A stretch of DNA of 64,000 nucleotides from Lysobacterales bacterium (GCA_022844165.1 JALHMH010000006.1:20167-84166), one strand, 5' to 3'. Numbered from the stretch's first letter, positions 28,047 through 39,134 are shown. Notes: generated from the letters alone by a model not told the origin. Program-made: numbers and translations.

Positions 28047-30836
28047 ATGATGCAACTTAGACGCAATCTATTGACCGTGGCGATCGCATCGGCAGTACTC
28101 ATGGCGACCGGCAACGCGCACGCGCAGGACAATGCAGCCGGCGCCGACGCGGTCAACGAAACGCCTGCCCAGCGCCGCCAGCGCGAGGCAGAAGAACGCC
28201 GCGCAGCGCAGGAACTTGACGTCGTGCAAGTCACTGGTATTCGCGGTGCGATCGAGAATTCCACGGCCATCAAGAGAGATCAAACATCGATTGTTGAGTC
28301 GATCTCCGCCGAAGATATCGGAAAACTGCCGGACCAATCGATCGCCGAATCTATTGCTCGTTTGCCTGGGCTCTCCGCACAACGCGTGGCCGGTCGCGCG
28401 CAGGTGATCAGCGTTCGCGGGTTATCGCCGGATTTTGCGACCACCTTGTTAAATGGTCGGGAGCTGGTCAGCACCGGCGACAATCGCAGTGTCGAATTCG
28501 ACCAATACCCGTCTGAGCTCTTTAGTGGCGTGACCATCTATAAGACGCCGGATGCCGGCATAGTGGGCCAGGGATTGTCGGGCACCATTGACATGCGTAC
28601 CGTCAGGCCCCTGGATTACAAGGATCCGGTGTTTGTGGTTGGTGTCCGTGGCCAGCGCAATTCCTTGGGCAGCGCGGCCGATGCCAGTGGCACGGGAAGT
28701 CGCGTCAACCTGAGCTACATCGGCCAATCGGAAAATGGCAACTTCGGTTATGCATTAGGCATTTCGTATGCCGATACGCCAATTCAGGAAAACCAGGTGG
28801 GGTTGTATGAGCCGTGGCAGGCGATTGGTGCCGGTTGGCGCCCGGGCGTTCCAGCTGGCACGTTCTACTCGGACGGCATCAAAGCGTTGCGTCGTACTGG
28901 TTACACCGAACGTACGGGCCTGCTGGGAACGTTCCAATTGAATGCCACTGATACATGGACGAGCACGCTGGATGTTTTTTATTCGACAGCTGAACAAGAA
29001 GATACTGCCAATCAATTTGAAGTCAATCTCGGCGATTACAATGGCGGTTTTGATCGCCTGAGCGTGACTAACCCGGTCATCAATCCCAACGGCACTTTTG
29101 TCGGTGGTACTGCGAACAACGTCTATCCGCTGGTTCGCGGCATGTACAACAAGCGCGACGACACCATCAAAGCGTTCGGCTGGACCAACGAGTTTACGCT
29201 CGACGATATTTTGCTGACGGCCGATATCAATTGGTCGAAAGCCGATCGAGATGAATTAAGTCTGGAGAGTAATACCCAAAGACGCGTTCCAACCCCGAGT
29301 CTCGACTCAATCGACCTGGTGTTTCGCAGCAACGGCTTTTCACAATTGACTCCGCGCCGAACGTACTCGAACCCGGCGGATTTATTTTTGGACAACACGA
29401 TTTATGGTTCCGGTTACGGCAAGGTGCCGAGCGTGGAGGATGAGCTGACAGGCATTAAGCTGGCCGCCAATATGCCGGCCCCAGAATATTTCTCCATGCT
29501 GGCATCGCTTGATATCGGCGTTAATCGGGCTGAGCGCGACAAATCCAAGCGCCAGCCGGAGGGCCCTATCAACCTGGGCGCGCAAGGCCCGACGGCGATC
29601 GGCAGCGAGTTCCAGTTTCGGCCGGTTGATCTCGGTTTCGCGGGCTTGGGTACGATCCCGGCCTGGAACGTACCCGGTGCCGTCGCGCGCTATATGCGCT
29701 TCGAGCCGCGCGACGATCTGGACTTCCTGATTCCCAAAGCCTGGGACGTCAACGAGGTCATCACCTCGACTTGGCTGCGAGCAAATATCGACACGGTCTG
29801 GGGCGACATTCCGGTCCGCGGCAATGTGGGCGTTCAGGCGCAGCACGTCGACCAATCCTCTGAGGCCAATTACTTCGACCGAACGCGGCCGGTTGGACAG
29901 CAGATTCGACCCATTGGCGGCGGCAAGTCGTACACCGACTTTTTGCCGAGTTTGAATTTGTCCTTCGAGATCGCCGAGAACCAGCAACTTCGCGTTGGGC
30001 TTGCACGCCAGGTCGCGCGTCCTCGGGTTGATCAGTTGCGCGCCTCACTGGAGTTTGGCGTCAATACGGCAACCGGCGAACCGGGCGGGGCTGGCGGCAA
30101 TCCGCTGCTCGATCCGTGGTTGGCGAATGCGATCGACGTTTCGTGGGAGCGCTATTTCGAAGGCAATAAGGGCTATGTCGCGGCTGCCATCTTCCACAAG
30201 GACTTGCGCTCGTACATCTACACGCAAACTCTGGACGGATATGACTTCCAGGATTTGCTGGTCGGATTTGTTCCGCAGCCCGGCACGCCGCCGGTGCGGC
30301 GCTTTGGCAATTTCACAGCGCCGGCCAATGGCGAAGGTGGCGGGCTAACCGGCCTTGAGCTGACAGCATCGATACCGCTGGAGATGATGAGCGCATCGCT
30401 GGAAGGCTTTGGCGTACTGGCGAACGCGAGCTTTTATAACAGCAGTATCACGGTCCGCGACCCCGAAAGTGCCTCCAGCGTTGGCGGTGGCGACATTGAC
30501 CTGCCAGGGCTGTCGGATCGCGTGTTCAACCTGACGGCCTATTATGAACGCGATGGCTTCGAGGCGCGCATCAGCCAACGTTACCGATCTGACTTCATTG
30601 GCGAGATCGGCAACTTCAATGGCAATCGAACCTTGCGCTACGTTGTCGGCGAGAGCATCACTGATGCGCAGGTGAGCTACGCGTTCAAGGGCGGGCTGGA
30701 AGGCCTGAGCGTATTGCTGCAAGCCAGCAATCTGACGGACGAAGCGTATCGGACCTACGCCGGTTCGAAGGATCGGCCGCTCGAGTACATTGAGTGGGGC
30801 CGCACGTACTTGCTCGGCTTTAGCTATAAGCTCTAA
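28047..30836 (+). CDS. TonB-dependent outer-membrane receptor
   Basis: Signal peptide MMQLRRNLLTVAIASAVLMATGNAHA, plug domain (LDVVQVTGIRGA, VISVRGLSP), and a C-terminal barrel ending in FSYKL. SD gggagg upstream. Confidence 0.9.
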   Translation: MMQLRRNLLTVAIASAVLMATGNAHAQDNAAGADAVNETPAQRRQREAEERRAAQELDVVQVTGIRGAIENSTAIKRDQTSIVESISAEDIGKLPDQSIAESIARLPGLSAQRVAGRAQVISVRGLSPDFATTLLNGRELVSTGDNRSVEFDQYPSELFSGVTIYKTPDAGIVGQGLSGTIDMRTVRPLDYKDPVFVVGVRGQRNSLGSAADASGTGSRVNLSYIGQSENGNFGYALGISYADTPIQENQVGLYEPWQAIGAGWRPGVPAGTFYSDGIKALRRTGYTERTGLLGTFQLNATDTWTSTLDVFYSTAEQEDTANQFEVNLGDYNGGFDRLSVTNPVINPNGTFVGGTANNVYPLVRGMYNKRDDTIKAFGWTNEFTLDDILLTADINWSKADRDELSLESNTQRRVPTPSLDSIDLVFRSNGFSQLTPRRTYSNPADLFLDNTIYGSGYGKVPSVEDELTGIKLAANMPAPEYFSMLASLDIGVNRAERDKSKRQPEGPINLGAQGPTAIGSEFQFRPVDLGFAGLGTIPAWNVPGAVARYMRFEPRDDLDFLIPKAWDVNEVITSTWLRANIDTVWGDIPVRGNVGVQAQHVDQSSEANYFDRTRPVGQQIRPIGGGKSYTDFLPSLNLSFEIAENQQLRVGLARQVARPRVDQLRASLEFGVNTATGEPGGAGGNPLLDPWLANAIDVSWERYFEGNKGYVAAAIFHKDLRSYIYTQTLDGYDFQDLLVGFVPQPGTPPVRRFGNFTAPANGEGGGLTGLELTASIPLEMMSASLEGFGVLANASFYNSSITVRDPESASSVGGGDIDLPGLSDRVFNLTAYYERDGFEARISQRYRSDFIGEIGNFNGNRTLRYVVGESITDAQVSYAFKGGLEGLSVLLQASNLTDEAYRTYAGSKDRPLEYIEWGRTYLLGFSYKL

Positions 30837-30908
30837 CGAGGCATCGCCTTAGACCGACGAGCATTGCTGGCTTCGTCCGACAGCGTGCTCGCCACAGCCC
30901 CGCGCTTG
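30835..30908 (-). repeat. family B repeat, 3-prime module only, inverted
   Basis: The reverse complement matches gcggggctgtggcgagcacgctgtcggacgaagccagcaatgctcg..gaggc..gcctcg of 25575-25650. Confidence 0.8.
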
Positions 30909-30923
30909 GAGTCTCGGTCAAGG

Positions 30924-31079
30924 CACGTTGTTGAGAAACGCACTTCCTGTGCGTTTCTCAAGTCGCGAGTCCGGCACATGTCCGGACTCGCTCTCCATGG
31001 ATCAAACACTTACGTGCTCGATCCATGTGCGAACCATCCATGGTTCGCGCCCGCAGGCTGTTTCTCAACAACCTGCCAG
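30924..31079 (+). repeat. MITE/REP-like element, family A, copy 2
   Basis: See copy 1 at 2073-2228: same termini and internal hairpins. Confidence 0.85.
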
Positions 31080-31190
31080 CAAGGCTTCGCCGCAACCCTG
31101 TCGAGTGTCGTGCGCTCGGATGCCGTCCCAGCGGCCCAGCCGCAGGTGGTTAGGCAGCTGGCAGCGCGTCAGCGCCTGCGCTCGCCTCGA

Positions 31191-31272
31191 TTGACTCAAG
31201 GGGGCCGCAAAAGCCAAAGTCGCTCCGAAGACACAGGCTCAAAGGCCAAGATCCGGCTGCATCAAGGCCTCT
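31191..31272 (-). repeat. family B repeat, 5-prime module only, inverted and diverged
   Basis: The reverse complement (aggccttgatgcagccggatctt..tttgag...ctttggc.tttgcggcccccttgagtcaa) parallels the 5-prime module of 25405-25500. Confidence 0.6.
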
Positions 31273-31508
31273 GGCCATCTGAAGCTGCCGATCGATAGGA
31301 TTCACTTCTCGGGTTTGAGATCTCGTGCGCGCTATGCTCTTCTTGATCGTGCAGACTTGCGACGGGTCAGGCTTCCCCGACTATTGTTAAACGTCCACAA
31401 CGCGTGCCGCCATACCAGCACGTATGGCGATGTTCGCCGAACTTCGCGCCTTTACTTGAGCGACGGCAATGCGCAGACTACGGCGCCTTCACGGTGCGAT
31501 GGGTCGTC

Positions 31509-31943
31509 ATGGCCAGGCTGCTGCTACTGAACGGCCCGAATCTGAATCTGCTCGGTACGCGCGAACCGGAGATCTATGGTCGCGCTTCTTTGGCGGAGAT
31601 CGAAGCGGAATTGCGCGCGATGGCTCAAGTTGCAGGCCATCAGCTCGATTGCCTGCAATCGAATGCCGAACATGTGTTGATCGATCGTCTGCATTTGGCT
31701 CGCGGCGACGGAACGCGTTTCGTATTGATCAATCCCGGTGCATTGACCCACACCAGTATTGCGCTGCGTGACGCGTTCGCCGCAGTCGCCTTGCCGTTCA
31801 TCGAGTTGCACTTGAGTAATGTGCACGCGCGCGAAGCGTTTCGCCACCGCTCCTTTCTCTCGGATCTCGCCGTCGGCGTGATCACTGGATTGGGCATCGA
31901 TAGTTATCGTCTTGCGCTGCGTGCAGCGCTTGCGCGTCTTTGA
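31509..31943 (+). CDS. aroQ: type II 3-dehydroquinate dehydratase
   Basis: [24 protein letters not shown] and the [13 protein letters not shown] motif. Confidence 0.92.
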   Translation: MARLLLLNGPNLNLLGTREPEIYGRASLAEIEAELRAMAQVAGHQLDCLQSNAEHVLIDRLHLARGDGTRFVLINPGALTHTSIALRDAFAAVALPFIELHLSNVHAREAFRHRSFLSDLAVGVITGLGIDSYRLALRAALARL

Positions 31944-31956
31944 CAAGGAAACACCC

Positions 31957-32433
31957 ATGGCTATGGACATCCGCAAGATCAAGAAACTGATCGAGCTGTT
32001 AGAAGAATCGAATCTCGCTGAACTCGAGATTCGTGAGGGCGAAGAAACCGTACGCTTATCGCGCTGGCCGAAAAACATCCCCATGCCGAGCGCGGCGCCA
32101 ACGCTGATTCCCGTGGGTACGCCGACGGTGGCGCCGGCGGCAATGACCGCGCCCGCCTCGCCGCATGCGCCAGTTGCCCCAGCTGACCTGGCGCACGATG
32201 GCACCGTGGTTCGTTCGCCCATGGTGGGTACGTACTACGCCGCGTCAGCACCGAACGCGCCACCATTCATCAAAGTGGGTCAGCAAATCAAGGTGGGCGA
32301 TACCCTCGGCATCATCGAGGCGATGAAGATGTTCAATCCGATCGAAAGCGACGTCGCAGGCACCATCGTCAAGATCCTGGTTCAGAACGGACAACCCGTC
32401 GAATTCGACGAACCTCTGCTCGTGGTGCAATGA
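31957..32433 (+). CDS. accB: acetyl-CoA carboxylase biotin carboxyl carrier protein
   Basis: [16 protein letters not shown], an Ala/Pro linker, and the biotinylation motif EAMKM. Start is 31957 (SD aagga) or 31963. Confidence 0.92.
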   Translation: MAMDIRKIKKLIELLEESNLAELEIREGEETVRLSRWPKNIPMPSAAPTLIPVGTPTVAPAAMTAPASPHAPVAPADLAHDGTVVRSPMVGTYYAASAPNAPPFIKVGQQIKVGDTLGIIEAMKMFNPIESDVAGTIVKILVQNGQPVEFDEPLLVVQ

Positions 32434-33785
32434 TGATCGAAAAAATCGTCATCGCGAACCGCGGCGAAATTGCGCTGCGTGTGTTGCGGGCCTGTCAGGC
32501 GCTTGGTATTCGCACGGTCGCTGTGCATTCCACTGTCGATCGCAATCTTAAGCACGTGGCGATGGCGGACGAGTCGGTTTGCATTGGACCGGCGGCGCCA
32601 AAGGACAGTTATCTCAATGTGCCGGCGCTGATCGCGGCGGCGGAGGTCACCGATGCGCAGGCGATCCATCCAGGGTATGGGTTTTTGAGCGAAAACGCAG
32701 ACTTCGCCGAGCGCGTGGAAGAGTCCGGGTTCATCTTCATCGGCCCGAAACCGGAGACGATTCGCCTCATGGGCGACAAAGTGTCGGCGATCACTGCGAT
32801 GCGTGAAGCCGGCGTGCCATGCGTGCCCGGATCGGGCGCTCCGCTGGGCGACGATGCGATCGAGAACGCCCGTATCGCCAAAGACATCGGCTATCCGGTC
32901 ATTATCAAAGCGGCGGGCGGCGGCGGTGGTCGCGGCATGCGCGTGGTGCACACCGAAATGGCGCTGATGAATGCAGTGGCGATGACGCGCGCCGAAGCGG
33001 CCAGTGCTTTTGGCAACGATCAGGTGTATTTGGAAAAGTACCTGGAAAATCCGCGCCATATCGAAATTCAGGTGCTCGCCGATACGCACGGCAACGCCAT
33101 CCACCTGGGCGAGCGCGATTGTTCGATGCAACGCCGCCATCAGAAGGTCATCGAAGAATCGCCGGCGCCTGGGCTGACCCCCAAACAGCGCGCCGAGATC
33201 GGCGAAGTTTGTGTCGCCGCTTGTCAACGGATCGGTTATCGAGGCGCAGGCACATTCGAGTTCTTGTATGAACGCGGGCGTTTCTACTTCATCGAAATGA
33301 ACACCCGCATCCAGGTCGAACATCCGGTGACCGAACTGGTGACGGGTGTGGATCTGGTGACGGAACAAATCCGCATCGCTTCGGGGGAGAAGTTGCGCTA
33401 CGAACAATCCGATATCGTGATGCGCGGCCATTCCATCGAATGCCGCATCAACGCCGAAGACCCGAATACCTTTACGCCTTCGCCCGGTACCGTGACGCGC
33501 TACCACCCGCCGGGCGGCCCGGGCATTCGAATGGACACGCACCTTTACGATGGCTACAAAGTGCCGCCGAACTACGATGCGATGATCGCCAAACTCATCA
33601 GCCACGGTCCGGACCGTGCCACTGCGATTGCGCGCATGCGCGTGGCGCTGAGCGAGCTGGTCATCGACGGGGTCAAGACCAACATCCCGTTGCAACAGCA
33701 GAACATGCTCGACCAGATGTTCCAGGTCGGCGGCTTCAACATTCACTACCTGGAACGTCGACTCGCAGAAGCGCGCAAGGGGTGA
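32430..33785 (+). CDS. accC: acetyl-CoA carboxylase biotin carboxylase subunit
   Basis: [20 protein letters not shown] and an ATP-grasp core ([10 protein letters not shown]). Overlaps the accB stop. Confidence 0.95.
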   Translation: MMIEKIVIANRGEIALRVLRACQALGIRTVAVHSTVDRNLKHVAMADESVCIGPAAPKDSYLNVPALIAAAEVTDAQAIHPGYGFLSENADFAERVEESGFIFIGPKPETIRLMGDKVSAITAMREAGVPCVPGSGAPLGDDAIENARIAKDIGYPVIIKAAGGGGGRGMRVVHTEMALMNAVAMTRAEAASAFGNDQVYLEKYLENPRHIEIQVLADTHGNAIHLGERDCSMQRRHQKVIEESPAPGLTPKQRAEIGEVCVAACQRIGYRGAGTFEFLYERGRFYFIEMNTRIQVEHPVTELVTGVDLVTEQIRIASGEKLRYEQSDIVMRGHSIECRINAEDPNTFTPSPGTVTRYHPPGGPGIRMDTHLYDGYKVPPNYDAMIAKLISHGPDRATAIARMRVALSELVIDGVKTNIPLQQQNMLDQMFQVGGFNIHYLERRLAEARKG

Positions 33786-33868
33786 GAGCCGGCGGCTTGC
33801 GCGGCATGCGGCGCGCCGGCTCGAACGCCCGCAACTTGTTGCGGGCCGGGGCGGCGTCTGCGCGGCTG

Positions 33869-35491
33869 TCAATTCGGCGCGTGCACCGTGCCTCCGCCAT
33901 CTGGGTGGACGCGCTGCGCGACCCGTGGATCGATCGACTGACCACCAATCAGCTGGCTGTAGTCGATGTTCTTGGCGCTGAAGCGCTGCGGCAGCGCGCC
34001 TGGAAAGGGTGTGGCCGAAGCGCCGACGCCGTAGGGGTTGGTGTACCACACCGGCGGTCCACCCGCATTGCGCAACACGCCGGGCTGGAAGTACATGCCG
34101 CGGTTGAGCCCGCGAAAACCCGAGCGCGGATCGTTCCAATCGATGCCGGCGATCTGCCCAAAGTTCGTGGACCAGTCGCAAGGTCCCCCACGGCTCCGAC
34201 GGTTCTGCGCCGATAACGAGAGGTCGTAACACAGATCCATCGAATAGCCCAAGTTGGTTCCGGCCAGTTCTGGGCGCACCGTGTCATAACCGCGCAGCGC
34301 TTTGAGCGCCTCGGGATAGAAATAACGCGCTGCATCTTGCACATCAAACAGGAGATTGATGCCCTCGACCAGCGCCTGCGGCGCGTTGCCGCGAACGCTC
34401 AAGCTTGCCGGCCACGCTTCGTAGAAATTGCCCGACCATTGCCCAGGCGGAACCAGAAAGCCGATCTCCACGCATTGCCGCGTGATGATCTCGCGATCAC
34501 CGGCCCCATCCGGGTAGTGCGGCGAAAACGCACTGTGCCCGACTTGGACAAAATCCTGTGGATCGCCGCGACGCGGCACGTTGCACATTGGCATGAAACT
34601 GGTGAACCCGGCAGCGCGGCCAAACGGTTGTAGCTGAGTCGTTGCGATCTTGCTGTTCTGCGGGTGGCTGTCGGGGCAGGTCGACAGGTCGTTGGGATTC
34701 GTGCATGCCGCCAGATCGCTGACGTGGCGGCAGTCGCTCAGATACATCACTTCATGCAAGTTGTGGCGGAACGCATCGGGCGTGCTGGTGCCCTGATGCG
34801 CTTTAGCCAGGAAAAAACAGCGCATGCCGGTATCGGCCGCAACTACGCCATTGCCGAGCCGACCGATCCACACGCCGCCGTTGGGCGCCGTGCTCATGTT
34901 GTGCGTGGCGATATCGGGCTCGCCGTTCGCCCACTCGACCTTGTGGCCGACGTGATCCTCGTGGCGCATCGTCGGAATCTGGTTGGCCGCAAACCAAACG
35001 TCTGCCTGTTCGTTGGCGTATGCAAAGGGCAGCCCAGCGAGCGCTTCTTCGGCGGGATCCATCTGGTCATTGCCATTCGCATCCCAGAAATAGGCCCGTT
35101 GAATCTGTTTGGTTTTCCACAACTGCGACAGCTTCGGATCGCGACCGTGTTCGTGGCCAAAGGTACAGCTCTGCCCCGTGGCCGGATCGATCACCACCGG
35201 TGGATGCCAGGTGGGGTAGCGTTTGCCATCCGGAGCGACCACGAAAAAACTGTCGTGCAATTCGCGTGAGCAGGTGTCGTGAACCGGATGGGGGTTCCAC
35301 AGCCCCATCGCATGGCTGTCCGGGGCGCCTTCGACCAACTCGAAGCCGGCGCCGAATAGCCGGTCGCTGTTAGCGATTGCCTTGCGTTGCGACGGCGTAC
35401 AACTGGCCGCTTCGATCGCCGCGATCTGTGGCGATCGACCTGACCACGCGCCGATCGCAGCAGCACAAACGACAAGGGCGACACGCAACAT
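33869..35491 (-). CDS. hypothetical secreted protein (540 aa)
   Basis: Signal peptide MLRVALVVCAAAIGAWS and coding-like composition. No family recognised. The track ORF to 35800 is an extension. Confidence 0.5.
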   Translation of the reverse strand: MLRVALVVCAAAIGAWSGRSPQIAAIEAASCTPSQRKAIANSDRLFGAGFELVEGAPDSHAMGLWNPHPVHDTCSRELHDSFFVVAPDGKRYPTWHPPVVIDPATGQSCTFGHEHGRDPKLSQLWKTKQIQRAYFWDANGNDQMDPAEEALAGLPFAYANEQADVWFAANQIPTMRHEDHVGHKVEWANGEPDIATHNMSTAPNGGVWIGRLGNGVVAADTGMRCFFLAKAHQGTSTPDAFRHNLHEVMYLSDCRHVSDLAACTNPNDLSTCPDSHPQNSKIATTQLQPFGRAAGFTSFMPMCNVPRRGDPQDFVQVGHSAFSPHYPDGAGDREIITRQCVEIGFLVPPGQWSGNFYEAWPASLSVRGNAPQALVEGINLLFDVQDAARYFYPEALKALRGYDTVRPELAGTNLGYSMDLCYDLSLSAQNRRSRGGPCDWSTNFGQIAGIDWNDPRSGFRGLNRGMYFQPGVLRNAGGPPVWYTNPYGVGASATPFPGALPQRFSAKNIDYSQLIGGQSIDPRVAQRVHPDGGGTVHAPN

Positions 35492-35538
35492 GGCAAACTC
35501 CAGAGTCTTCGCCGCATCCAGTTTAGACGACGAGAGCC

Positions 35539-36177
35539 TTAACTTTCGTGGCGGTCGTCGCGCATTCCGGCCAAGACCAGATAGCGGCGGTGCGCAAGCG
35601 CTACGGCGGTTTGCAGGGCGTCCAACCCGGCGCGGTTGACGATCACGTCGTCGGCAGCCGTCAGCCGCTGCGCGCGGGTGACCTGCGCTGCGATCATCGC
35701 GCGCGCCAGCGTCGCATCGATCCCGTCGCGTGCGGTCAGCCGCTGCATTTGGCGATCGACATCGACATCGACATCGACGACGAGCACGCGCTCTACCCAA
35801 TCGAACTGGCCGGATTCGACGAGAAGTGGCACGACCAAGACCGCATACGGGCCAGCCGCTTTTGCTAGTCGCGCCACGGCCAGTCCACGAATTCGCGGGT
35901 GCAGAATGGCATTCAGGCGTTCGCGTTCGGCGGGTGCATCGAACACCCGCTGCCGCAGCGCTCGGCGATCGAGTGCGCCAGCGTCATCCAACACCCCTGG
36001 CCCGAACGCAGCTACCACGGCCGCCAGCCCATCGCTACCCGGCAACACCACTTCGCGCGCCAGCACGTCGGTGTCGACAATCGCCGCGCCAAGCTTGCCG
36101 AGCGCGTCGGACACGGCGGACTTGCCAGATGCGATTCCGCCGGTGAGCGCTACGGTAAAGGGAAGCGTCTGGCGCAT
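35539..36177 (-). CDS. coaE: dephospho-CoA kinase
   Basis: P-loop TGGIASGKS five residues after the start. ATG 36177 is preferred over 36312. Confidence 0.88.
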   Translation of the reverse strand: MRQTLPFTVALTGGIASGKSAVSDALGKLGAAIVDTDVLAREVVLPGSDGLAAVVAAFGPGVLDDAGALDRRALRQRVFDAPAERERLNAILHPRIRGLAVARLAKAAGPYAVLVVPLLVESGQFDWVERVLVVDVDVDVDRQMQRLTARDGIDATLARAMIAAQVTRAQRLTAADDVIVNRAGLDALQTAVALAHRRYLVLAGMRDDRHES

Positions 36178-36323
36178 GACGGCTCCGCAATCGAGTGTGA
36201 GGCCCACATGATCGAGCGCCGGTGCAAGAGACGCAACGCCGGCACTCCAATCTCCAGAGCCATCGTCAGGTGACCCAGCTACAATTGGCCCCACCCGCAG
36301 CTGCGAGAACACTTGCCGTGTCC

Positions 36324-36851
36324 ATGCGAAACCCGCTCCAGGAACAGTTGCTCAAGGCCGGGCTCGCGAAGAAGCAACAGGTCGATGCAGCCGCACGTGC
36401 GCAAGAGCGCCAACGCGACGGCAAGGCACCGGCCGCCGACAAAATCGATGCCGATAAGCTGCTTGCCGAACGCGCCGAGCGCGATCGGGCACTGGCCGCG
36501 GAGCGCAACGCCAAAGCACGCGAGCAGGAATTGCGCGCACAGATATTACAGATCATCGAAACGCACAAAGTCGCAATCAAAGGCGACTTGCCGTACCGCT
36601 TCCCCCATGGCGGCAAGATTCGCGAAATTCTGGTCGACGAACGCCTGCGCAAACAACTGGCCAGCGGTGCGCTGGTCGTCGTGGAACACGACTCGGGTTA
36701 TGCACTGCTGCCACGCAACGCCGCCGATATGATCTACGAGCGCGGCGGCATCGCGGTACTCGACCACGGCAGGTCGCCTTCGAACACCCAGAATGCCGAG
36801 GACGACGAGTACTACAAGCGGTTCGTCGTGCCTGACGACTTGATCTGGTAG
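36324..36851 (+). CDS. DUF2058 (YaiL-like) protein
   Basis: MRNPLQEQLLKAGLAKKQQV and a charged coiled region resemble the E. coli YaiL N-terminus. Confidence 0.7.
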   Translation: MRNPLQEQLLKAGLAKKQQVDAAARAQERQRDGKAPAADKIDADKLLAERAERDRALAAERNAKAREQELRAQILQIIETHKVAIKGDLPYRFPHGGKIREILVDERLRKQLASGALVVVEHDSGYALLPRNAADMIYERGGIAVLDHGRSPSNTQNAEDDEYYKRFVVPDDLIW

Positions 36852-36905
36852 CGTGCGGTTGCCGTGCGAGCCAGGGGACGACGCGCAGCAAATTGGCGGA
36901 CGGGC

Positions 36906-37925
36906 TCACATCACTTTGGCACGGTATTTTTTGTAGATCGGCAGTTCGTCGCCGAAGTACCCCCAGGGGACCCCCGCAACATACCCCTCGGTCAACGAAA
37001 AAGCCTGTTCTGCCCGTTTGACGTTCTTCGCCAGCACGAATTGAAAGGCGAAGACGTTTGCGCCCTGGCGTAACGCTGTACGATCAGTACCTTCGCAAAA
37101 TTTCGCGAAAGCCTCTTCGACTTCTACTCGGACCTGCGGTCGATTCGCATAGTTGACCCGATCGTGCGCTTTATCCATGAAAATCGTCGCCTCGATATGA
37201 GCGAGCGGAATGAGAACCTGCAGCGCTGGCGAGCGTGGCGCGGATTGGCGAGCAAACGCGAACATCGCCTCGTCGCTTCCACCCCACTTCGCACAAAGAG
37301 AGTTCAACATCAATCGGTGTGCGCTGATGAGAGTAGGGGCCAAAGCGATGGCGTGCTCGAAAGTCGCACGTTTGTGGTCTTCTTTGGCTTGTTGACCCAT
37401 CAAGACCCGTATCGACAAGGCCGAAGGCAAGGCGCTACCCGGATCCAGACGCTGAGCCTCGTCGAGGTCGGTTTCAGCAAGCGCCAGACGCCGAAAAAAC
37501 TCCCGGAATTTTGCGGCGCCCACCTGATCAGCGCAGCCGCTGCCCCTCGCTTGCCAGGCCCAATGCGTGGAGTGAGCGCCCCGCACCAAACGCGCCAGCG
37601 CGGAACGGGGCCTTTGCAAAACCCAATGGTCGAGCCATTCGGGACGACCCTCCCAGTCGCTGCAGGCCTGGATCCAGTGGTCGAGTGTCTGCATATCGGG
37701 CGCCTGGGCCAACTGACGCTCGGCCGTTTCGAAGTCGCTCGCCGAGAGCGCAGCGCGAATCGAGGCCGCTTTGGAATCTCCCCATGTGATGTCGATCCTC
37801 GCCAATGGAAGTCGCTTCTTCAGCAGGATGGAAAAAAGCCACTCAACGAGTCCCAGCATCGTGCGCTCCGATTCGATCTGCTGCCTGATCCGCAGAATAC
37901 CGGTGCCGCGTTGGGTGCGGCCCAT
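36906..37925 (-). CDS. hypothetical protein
   Basis: Long ORF with coding-like composition and a helical-repeat-like sequence. An alternative start is at 37859 (MLGLVEWLF). No family recognised. Confidence 0.45.
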   Translation of the reverse strand: MGRTQRGTGILRIRQQIESERTMLGLVEWLFSILLKKRLPLARIDITWGDSKAASIRAALSASDFETAERQLAQAPDMQTLDHWIQACSDWEGRPEWLDHWVLQRPRSALARLVRGAHSTHWAWQARGSGCADQVGAAKFREFFRRLALAETDLDEAQRLDPGSALPSALSIRVLMGQQAKEDHKRATFEHAIALAPTLISAHRLMLNSLCAKWGGSDEAMFAFARQSAPRSPALQVLIPLAHIEATIFMDKAHDRVNYANRPQVRVEVEEAFAKFCEGTDRTALRQGANVFAFQFVLAKNVKRAEQAFSLTEGYVAGVPWGYFGDELPIYKKYRAKVM

Positions 37926-37955
37926 TGCGAAAGCTGGATTGAGTTCTGCGCAGGG

Positions 37956-39134
37956 TCATTGCCGGCCCGATGTATCGCTGGCATTGAGGCGGTGCCTGAG
38001 CAATTCGAGTTCTTCATCGAGCATCGCGCGACTGGCGGCGTCGAAGGTGTGTCTGCGCAAATGATCGGCAACATTCCACTCGGTGCGCGCCGTTGCGGCA
38101 TCACCGCGGTCCAAAGCAATCGCGGCGCGTAAGGTTGCGCATTGCGCAGTCATGTCGACCAAACCGCCCTGGCACTGCTGCAACCAGGCGGTAGCCAGGT
38201 CGAGCTCGCCCAACGCTTCGTGTGCCCAGCATGCGATCAATTGCGCACTGAACTGGCGCACGCCATCGGGGTTGGTCCAAAAGGCGGTTGCCAGGCGTGC
38301 CGCCGCATCGTGGGCTGCGGTATTGGCGTAGTCCTTGCGATCGAGCGCCTGGGCCAGTTGGCAGCGCGCAAATGCATCGCCGAGATGGGCGGGGAGTGTG
38401 GTTAGATCCAGATCCAATTCACGGGCCATGGGCCAATCCCGCGGGCGGACGCCGAGCATCGCCAGGCCCGCCATTCGGTTGAGTTGCATGATGGCTTTGG
38501 TTTCATCGCTGTTGTGCCATAACTTGAGCAGCTGGCGGCCGTCGGTACTCCATCCGCCGGAGACGAACGGTACAAGGTTGACCAGACCTAGGAACACGCC
38601 CGAGCCAAACACGGCGATGCCGATTGCAGCGGTACTCCCGCTTGCATTGAACGCAAATGGCGCGGCAATTGCCGCAATCGCCAGATTCATCAGCGGACCA
38701 CCGAACAGATAAATCGCGCTCTGTCGCACGGATTGTTCGCCATTGGGCGGCAACAAAATGGCGAACCCCCCGATACCCTGTATCGCCCGCGTCCAACGGA
38801 AGTGCCAGCGATCCGCACCGCGCTGCAATCGGATCGGGCCCACACCAAGCGCAATTGGACGTAGACCCACGGCGATGCCAGCCAGCGCATGCCCCGCCTC
38901 GTGCAGAACAACCTGCAACCAGAACACCACGAGAAATCCAACAACAATCGATACCGCGACCAGCAGTCCATGGCCTTGCAGCGAGTGCACGGCAAAGTAG
39001 CCGACAGCCCCGCCGACCAGGCAACTGATCAAGGTCAGCACCACGCCAGGCAGGCGTTGATGGGGAGATTCGGCAGGCTTGGCCGGAATTGCCAGAGTGG
39101 CGGCGCCGATTCTGCGCTGATCTTCGTCGGACAT
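37956..39134 (-). CDS. M50-like membrane zinc metallopeptidase
   Basis: HEAGHAL (HExxH) inside a transmembrane segment, further TM helices, and a helical C-terminal domain. Codons upstream of ATG 39134 belong to a family B repeat, so 39134 is preferred to 39173. Confidence 0.6.
   Translation of the reverse strand: MSDEDQRRIGAATLAIPAKPAESPHQRLPGVVLTLISCLVGGAVGYFAVHSLQGHGLLVAVSIVVGFLVVFWLQVVLHEAGHALAGIAVGLRPIALGVGPIRLQRGADRWHFRWTRAIQGIGGFAILLPPNGEQSVRQSAIYLFGGPLMNLAIAAIAAPFAFNASGSTAAIGIAVFGSGVFLGLVNLVPFVSGGWSTDGRQLLKLWHNSDETKAIMQLNRMAGLAMLGVRPRDWPMARELDLDLTTLPAHLGDAFARCQLAQALDRKDYANTAAHDAAARLATAFWTNPDGVRQFSAQLIACWAHEALGELDLATAWLQQCQGGLVDMTAQCATLRAAIALDRGDAATARTEWNVADHLRRHTFDAASRAMLDEELELLRHRLNASDTSGRQ

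Noticed and set aside
32382-34232. 616-aa minus-strand ORF across accC
   Set aside because: Antisense shadow of accC, which is clearly the real gene.
35757-35780. GACATC hexanucleotide tandem repeat (VDVDVDVD) inside coaE as a phase-variable tract
   Set aside because: Only about four in-frame units, with the unit length a multiple of three, so slippage would not switch the gene off. Likely trivial.
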